Source: Octopus vulgaris (taxonomy: Eukaryota). From it: a DNA stretch of 64,000 bases. Shown here piece by piece: positions 56,276-64,000 of the stretch; positions within the stretch are counted from its first letter, which is position 1; each line of letters starts with the position of its first letter. Under the pieces are notes generated by a model. That model worked only from the letters and a program-made list of their open reading frames with translations. It did no database searches and was not told where the DNA came from. A program made the translations under genes and the position numbers. The stretch spans positions 53,506,001 to 53,570,000 of the forward strand of contig OX597831.1 of assembly GCA_951406725.2 (NCBI GenBank), given 5' to 3'.

Positions 56276-58210
56276 GTATGCTAATGAAGTTCATAAGATA
56301 ATCAGTTATTCCTTTGTCATCTCATTTTCTATTATATAAATATATATTTAAAAGATATATTTAAAAGGAAACAAAGCAGGAAAGAGTACTGGCTAGATTG
56401 AGTTTTGGAATACCATAATCCTATTCATTCAACCACATCTCAAACTGTGTGCAAGTGCAACCAAATGCACCAGTAAGCATTTTTGAGATATTTGGTATCA
56501 AAGATTCAAATACCTTCAGGGTAAGCTTTTTCAAGTTTATTGTAATTCCTTATTCATAATTTTACTATGTTGTCTTTTTCATGTGGTTTATATTCTGAAC
56601 CTAACTGTATTTGTATCATAACTTCTTCAGAATGTCTGTAACATAACAGAAGCATCATTATATCTATTAACTGTTGGTTTGATTTTCAAAGAATATTGAA
56701 TCTTAGTTTTCCTTATTTTTCCTGAGGTGGGGTATCATCATTTTGAAGAAGTTGTTCCTCCTCACCCAGTTTTTGCTATTTTATGTTGAGCCTTTTTTCT
56801 TTGAGATATTTTCCTCTTTTCCCTTTTATGTCTTCACCAATCATTTGTAGATTCTCATCTGTAATTATTATTTCTTCCTTATTGTGCTATGGTGGTGTGT
56901 AGTGCTGTTGAGGAAGAGGTGGTTGCTTATCTATTTCTAGTAAAGGGATTTCACCAGCTATTCCTGGAATTTTGGCTGCTGGTGCTCTGAAAAGTGGAGT
57001 TTATTGTTCTTTTTTTCTGTAGCAATTGATCTTCATTATTTTCATTTTTCTTTCTTTTCTTTTTCTTTTTCTTTTTCTTAATCTTTCTTTTTATTCTGGG
57101 CATTTGGCTCTAAGGTGAGATTAACTATAACAAATGTAGCAGCAACGCTTTCTTTCTTGCATCATTAATCATATGTTTTTTTGTCTCAGAGCTTTCTACT
57201 GGGTGCAGTTCTAGTATAGCTTTGTGGTCTTCAGGGGTCATTTAACTTGCAAATCCTTCATTTTGATTTCCCCTATTCAAGTGTTACCTTTTGTAAACCC
57301 TGATTTGGTCATTTTGCCATAATACTATACAGAAGTGATAGTTAACCATGGATCTACATCGTTTCTTTGATACACAAATATGTAGACAGAGGTATGTATG
57401 ACAATGGAAGCCTATATTTTGGTTGAGTCTTTGGTTTTGAATATACAGCAAATTACTGTTATAAATTTAGCCCTTTTCAATTGAGAGAATTTGCACTTGA
57501 TATATCCTGAATGGCTTGTACTACTTGACATGAAGGAAAAATTTAGTCCATTTCCATCCTTTCATAAGTAGTGACATATAATTTTTCTCTTTGTTATTTC
57601 CATAGCAAAGAAATGCTGTTTGCTTATACAAAATTCTCTCACCTACCTTTATTTTTGTCTTGTATGAATAATAGATCTAAAATTTTCACTTGTTCAGTTT
57701 GTATTAAGGAAAGATTCAACCTTAACACAATGACAGTATAAATGGACCACAGTTATTGATTTCATGTAATCATAGTTACTGATGTTGTTATTACTAGTGT
57801 TGCTTATCTTTAAAATTACTTATTTGAGTATTTGGAACATTTTCTTCCATTAATTGCTCACTTTAATGTTCATTTTCTCCTTCCTCTTGGACATTTAGTT
57901 GTGTGTTTTAGTTTTGTGGGATTTTTGGTGTGTGTGTTGTTTTCTGTTCGTGTAATATAAGTATATTTTGTAGTTATTTTGGGTGCAAAAATGTAATGTG
58001 CATGAATAAAATCTTAAATGTTTGTAAGACAAAATGCTTTCACTTGTCTAATTTCAGGTATCAAAGGCACACCTTCCATAAGTAACTATAGGTCTTTATT
58101 ACAAGTACTCAAAAGAAAATTTAATTTGAAACAAACAGTGTCCCACAGATAGAAAAAATTGATGTATTTACATAATGAGAATCAAATATAATAATAAAAA
58201 TAATAACATA

Positions 58211-58622
58211 GGCGTAGGAGTGGCTGTGTGGTAAGTAGCTTGCTTACAAACCGCATGGTTCCGGGTTCAGTCCCACTGCATGGCACCTTGGGCAAGTGTC
58301 TTCTACTATAGCCTTAGGCCGACCAAAGCCTTGTGAGTGGATTTGGTAGACGGAAACTGAAAGAAGCCCGTTGTATATATGTATATTTATATAGGTGTGT
58401 GTTTGTGTGTTGTGTTTGTCCCCACTATTGCTTGACAACCGATGCTGGTGTGTTTACGTCCCCGTAACTTAGCGGTTCGGCAAAAGAGACTGATAGAATA
58501 AGTACTAGGCTTACAAAGAATAAGTCCTGGGGTCGATTTCCTCGACTAAAGGTGGTGCTCCAGCATGGCCACAGTCAAATGACTGAAACAAGTAAATGAG
58601 TAAATGAGTGAGTAAATGAGTA
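58211..58622 (+). mobile_element. tRNA-derived SINE, family B, best-preserved copy
   Basis: ggcgtaggagtggctgtgtggtaag (A box), ccgggttcagtccc (B box), CORE-like gcaccttgggcaagtg, (GAGTAAAT)n tail. Confidence 0.88.
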
Positions 58623-58669
58623 ACAATAACAGCAACAACAACATCAATAATAATAACAATAACAATAAT

Positions 58670-58885
58670 CCTTTCTACTATAGACATAAGGCCTGAAATT
58701 TTGGGGGAGGGGACTAGTTGATTACATCAACTCCAGTGTTTCACTGGTACTTAATTCATTGACCCTGAAAGGATGAAAAGCAAAGTTGATCTCAGTGGAA
58801 TTTGAACTCAGAATGTGAAGATGCACGAAATACAAATAAGCATTTTGCTCAGCATGCTAACAATTCTCCCAGCTCACTGCCTTTT
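58670..58885 (-). mobile_element. Family A SINE; further minus copies at 59450-59860, 60440-60652 and 63790-63925
   Basis: gaaaggatgaaa.gcaaagt..gaatttgaactcagaa. Confidence 0.8.
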
Positions 58886-58911
58886 TCACCTGGTGTGCTA
58901 ATGATTCTCCA

Positions 58912-59377
58912 AATAATAATGAGAATTGCAAAACCCCGTGGGATGCAATGATTCAGTGTGATCACCTGACCAGACATCAGAAACTGGACATTGTTGTGGT
59001 GAATAAAAAAGAAAGAACATGCATGATTATTGACATTGCATGCCCTGGTGCCAACAGGATCAATGCAAAAGAAGAAGAAAAAAACAAAACAACTATGATG
59101 ATTTGAAGTAGGAAATACAAAGGTTATGGTCAATGAGGAGAGTAGACGTGATACCAATTGGAGCACTTGGAAGTACCAATACTCAACATGACTGAAAAAG
59201 ATTGGTGCAAGTGTGAAGGTAGAACACCTACAAATATCAGAATTGCCTGAAACTGCAAGAATTCTTTGCAGGGTTCTTGAAGCATGACCAGTAAACAAGT
59301 GTCCCCTTAGTTTGTTGGCTGTGGACAGCTGACACTTTCTGTCATATCCAGCAAAATAAGCTGTGAGTTTTCACCAC

Positions 59378-59380
<3 letters not shown>
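58912..59380 (+). pseudogene. R4/Dong-type LINE 3' end with (TAA)n flanks
   Basis: DIVVV.KKERTCMIIDIACP..EIQRLWSMRRVDVIP.GALG with frameshifts. Confidence 0.7.
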
Positions 59381-59436
<56 letters not shown>

Positions 59437-59859
59437 CATTATTATTCAAAATTTTTGCCACAAGGGCAGCTTGGGGGAGGTGGGGACAAGTTGATTATAT
59501 CGACCCCAGTGATCAACTGGCACTTATTTTATCGACCCCGAAAGGATGAAAGCCAAAGTCAACCTCAGCAGAATTTGAACTCAGAACATAGAAATGGGTG
59601 AAATACCGCTAAACATTTCGTCCAGAATGCTAACAATTCTGTCAGCTTGCTGCCTTTTGATGGTTTCAAATTTTGGCACAAGGTCAACAGTTTCGGGTTA
59701 GAGGAATGAGTCGAATACATCGACCCCCAGTACTCAACTCAGAAGGCATGAACAGCAAAGTCGAACTCAATGGAATTTGAACTCAGAACGTAAAGATAGA
59801 TGAATTGACACTAAGCATTTTCTCCAGTGTATTAATGAGTCTGCCAGCTCACCACCTTA

Positions 59860-59912
<53 letters not shown>

Positions 59913-59926
59913 TGATGATGATGATG

Positions 59927-60000
<74 letters not shown>

Positions 60001-60134
60001 AATGATAATCATAATAATAATAATGATGATGATGATGATGATGATGATAATCATAATCATAATAATAATAATAATAATAATAATGATGATGATGATGATG
60101 ATGAATGATAATAATAATAAAAATAAAAAAAAAA

Positions 60135-60430
60135 ACACAAACCCCTTCCGGTACTTGAAAATGATCTTATCTCACTCTGGAACTTCACCATTCAAATTGA
60201 CAGAACTGCTTATATCCTACGTAAAATACTTTCTATGTAATCTCAAATTTTAAAACAAACATAATTTTCTTATGGTTTCTTAAACATTCTCTAGAACAAC
60301 ACTATGTACAAAACCAAATCTAAGGCACCCTAGGCCAACATTAACTTCTAACTTGTTGTCTCTTAAGGTCTCTAGGTGAGACTTGGAGCCAACTTGTACA
60401 AATGCAAAGCAAAAGTCAAACATAAAATAA
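60135..60430 (+). mobile_element. Short R4-like 3' fragment between (TAA)n tracts
   Basis: TAYILRKILSM* type C-terminus plus UTR. Confidence 0.5.
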
Positions 60431-60744
60431 TAATAATAATGATTTCAAATTTTTGTCACAAGGGCAGCTTGGGGGTGGGGATTAAGTTGATTACATCGAC
60501 CCTAGTGCTTAACTGGTACATATTTAATTGACCCCGAAAGGATGAAAGGCAAAGCTGGCCTTAGTGGAATTTGAACTCAGAATGTAGTGGCAGACGAAAT
60601 ACCGCTATGCATTTTGCCTGGCATGCTAATGTTTCTGCCAGCTCACCACCCTTATAATAACAACAATAATAATAATAATAATGATGATGATGATAATGAT
60701 GATGATGATGATGATGAGGAGGAGGAGGAGGGGGAGGATAATGA

Positions 60745-61241
60745 TAATGTACATGTTTTGTCTTGGTGTAAAAGATAGGCTATAACAAATATTCTGCTCA
60801 ATACCAAAGTTTTGCTTGTCAGCTGCTTGACCTTAACCAATTAAGCATGTCCATTAGTGGCTGACAATATGTGCCTCTCTGATCATGAGCAGGAGTAGTG
60901 GTGGAGCATCATAGCCATGTGTTGAGAGGAATTCTTTGGGGTTTGAATAATTCACCATGGAAACATGGGTGTTTCATTTATCATCCTTAAACAAACCTTA
61001 TTCAGGAGTCTTTTCAGTGGGATGGGCTCCATGGCCTGAGGAAAATTCTGACTGGGCCCCCACCTGCAAAGTCATGTGCTATTTATCTTGATATGAGGTC
61101 ACTAAGTTCCGTACATATGATTGTGATGCATGTGCCTGGTGTACCCTTATCAGATGAGTAGTATGATAAGTATATTGGGTTTCGTATATTTATACCCCAG
61201 TGTTGCTTTGATGGCATGCGTTGCTCTCTCATAATAATAAT

Positions 61242-61320
<79 letters not shown>

Positions 61321-61859
61321 GCCCTGATGCAGTACCAGGCAGTGGCTTTTGTGGCTTCTGATTTTAACTGACTGGATGTTATCATGTACATGTTTTCTCT
61401 TGATATAAAAGATGGGCTACAGCAAATATTCTGCTCAATACCACAGATTTGCTTGTTAGTTGCTTGACCTTAACCAGTTAAGCATGTCTCTTAGTGGCTG
61501 ATGATATGTGCATTTTTGATCATGAGCAGGAGTAGTGGGGAGCATCATAGCCATGTGTTGAGAGGAATTCTTTGGGGTTTGGATAATTCACCTCTGGAAA
61601 CATGGGTGTTTCGTTCATCATCCTTAAACAACTCTTATTCAGGAACCTTTTGACAGGAAGGGCTACTTGACTTGAAGAAAATTCTGACTGGGACCCACCC
61701 GCAAAGTCATGTGCTGTTTATCTTGATAAGAGATCCCCATGTTGAGCACATATGGTTGTGATGCATGAGTCTGGTGCACCTTTATCAGATGGGTAGTATA
61801 TTGGGCTTCATGTATTTGTACCCTAGTGTCACTTTGATGGCATGCATTGCCTCTGACTC

Positions 61860-61860
<1 letters not shown>
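60745..61860. mobile_element. Two tandem copies (60745-61231, 61318-61860) of a non-coding element of about 500 bp separated by (TAA)n; fragment at 63520-63650
   Basis: aaatattctgctcaatacca..gagcatcatagccatgtgttgagaggaattctttggggtttg occurs twice. Confidence 0.8.
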
Positions 61861-61909
<49 letters not shown>

Positions 61910-61912
<3 letters not shown>

Positions 61913-63520
61913 AGTCCAAGTAAAAGCTCAAAGAATATGAAGATTTGAGAAGAGAACAAGTTTTACAAGCAAAATAAGCTGTTTGCATCCAATGTGAAAA
62001 CGTTCTACAGAGAAACAGGGAAGGAGAAAATAACTCTTGAAGACCCTCCTCCCATGGAATAAGTGTAAAACCTTTGGAAAAATATTTGGAGTGATGAGAA
62101 GACATACAGCTATTCAATGAGATTATGGGAGATCCTAAGTAAACACCTGATTGGTTAGCAAGTGGTATTACTTACCTGCTGCTAAAGAATGATGAAACCA
62201 AATTTCCCCAAAACTATTTGCTCATAACCTGTCTATCTACCACGTATAAAATTTTAACCATCCTCTAGAAGAAAACACGCATTTATGGAACAGAATGATA
62301 TTTTCCCTTCTGAACAAAAAGGATGCAAAGATGAACTCCTAATCAATCGCATGATCCTTGATACCTGTCATAACAAATGCAGAAATCTCAGTTCCTCATG
62401 GATTGATTATAAAAAACCTTTGACAGCATACTGCATTCATGGATCTTGAAATTGCTGGATATCTTCAAAATTTCTCCTATAATTTCAAACTTCCTGAAGT
62501 ACATGTCAGTATGGAATACAAATCTCCAATTATATCACTCTAATGAAGTACTGACTACAAAAAATATTAATATCAACTGTGGCATTTTCCAAGGTGACTC
62601 ACTTTCACTTCTAATTTTTTGCATAACCCTAATACCACTTACAAGTGAACTTGACAGAACAGAGTATGGGTATAAAATAGACAATAAGAAAATAAGCCAT
62701 CTATTTTACATGGATGACTTAAAACTCTATGGCAAAGACAATAATGAGTTTGAAGGCCTATCATGTTCTGTGAAAGTATTCAGTGATGACATCGGGATGG
62801 AATTTGGTCTTGATAAATGTGCCAAAGCCACTTTCCAGAAAGGGAAATTGAAGGCCTCACATTTAGTGGTGTTAGATGTGGACACAGTTATACAAGAACT
62901 TGAGCAGAAACAAACTTACAAATATCTTGGAATAAATGAGGGCTCTGGCATTCAGCATGCAAGCATGATAGAGAAGATCAGAAAGGAATGTTATAGGGGA
63001 GTTTGATCAGTTCTGAAGTCAGAGTTAAATGCACATAACAAGGTGTTAGCCATAAATTCCTTAGCAGTTCTGGTTGTTATTTATAGTTTCAATGTGTTTA
63101 ACTGGAATATGTGTTAAATAAAGAAAATTAATTGGAAAATCTGTAAGCTGCTGACTTTCAATAAGATGTAACATCCAAAGGCAGATGCAGATCATCTTTA
63201 CCTTCCCAAAGACCAAGGAAGTCAAAGCTTGATCCAATTTGAAATATCTTATGAAACCATCACAATTGGATTGGCTAAATATCTTGAAACATCTAATGAC
63301 TGAAAGCTAAAACTAATTGAAAACCATGAGACATGAAAGAAGCTTTATTCTGTCATGAAGGAGAGCAAAAAATTTGCTAGTGAGTTCACACATAATACCC
63401 AGGTTGAACAGCATGATGGAATTGCAACAAGAAAATAAAATCAATGACAAAGAAAAATATGTTTGAACAATTGGCTGATAAATGAGAGCAAAAACCTCTG
63501 CATGGCAAATATGTGGCCCA
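61910..63520 (+). pseudogene. R4/Dong-clade LINE RT remnant (open stretch 62446-63006)
   Basis: GIFQGDSLSLLIFC, ISHLFYMDDLKLYGK, DIGMEFGLDKCAK, YKYLG; stops and frameshifts on both sides; follows (TAA)n. Confidence 0.88.
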
Positions 63521-63653
63521 TCACCATGTTGCACATATATGGTTGTCATGCATGTGCCTAGAGTATACTCATCAGGTGGGTAGTCATGATGGGTACATTG
63601 AGTTTCGTACCCCAGTATCACTTTGATGGCATGTACTGCTCTCTCACTCTACT

Positions 63654-63743
<90 letters not shown>

Positions 63744-64000
63744 GTAACAACAACAACAACAACAACAACAATGATAATAATGACTCCTTCTAATTTTGGT
63801 ACAATCCCAGCAATTCTGAAGGGATGGGGCAAGTTGAATACACTGACCACAACTTGTGACTGTATTTTACCAGTATGAAAAGCAAATTTGACCTAAGTGA
63901 GATTTGAACTCAGAATGTAAAGAGCTAGAAAAAATACAACAAAACCTTTTTCTTTTTTCATCCCCCTTATAATATCACCAATCCTCTTTCATACATAAAT

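Noticed and set aside
56660-57560. Possible decayed LINE ORF1 on the minus strand (similar impression at 2560-3100)
   Set aside because: Purine-rich, coding-like texture, but no diagnostic motif could be read.

Overview
AT-rich, microsatellite-dense eukaryotic DNA made almost entirely of repeats. The SINE/LINE repertoire looks cephalopod (octopus-like); this is an inference. No host protein-coding exon can be supported. The only long genuine ORF is an intact RTE-clade LINE protein (31401-34445: AP endonuclease, RT, and a PHD-type C4HC3 finger inserted inside the RT). The window also holds many RTE 3' tails, Penelope-like (PLE) GIY-YIG/RT remnants, R4/Dong-type fragments in (TAA)n or (TATG)n tracts, Helitron pieces, MITEs and several tRNA-derived SINE families. 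The main unannotated signal is 16 type I hammerhead-ribozyme (HHR) motifs, intact or decayed, from about 11 distinct sequence families. Most have a tiny palindromic stem III and several have unusual core variants. They lie in non-coding palindromes, in partial tandem 355- and 444-nt units, behind GIY-YIG ORFs, and in the tail of a tRNA-headed SINE. A compact H-type pseudoknot motif recurs in the RTE 3' tail and is tandemly amplified. All folds were made by eye and are unverified; coordinates of decayed repeats are approximate.
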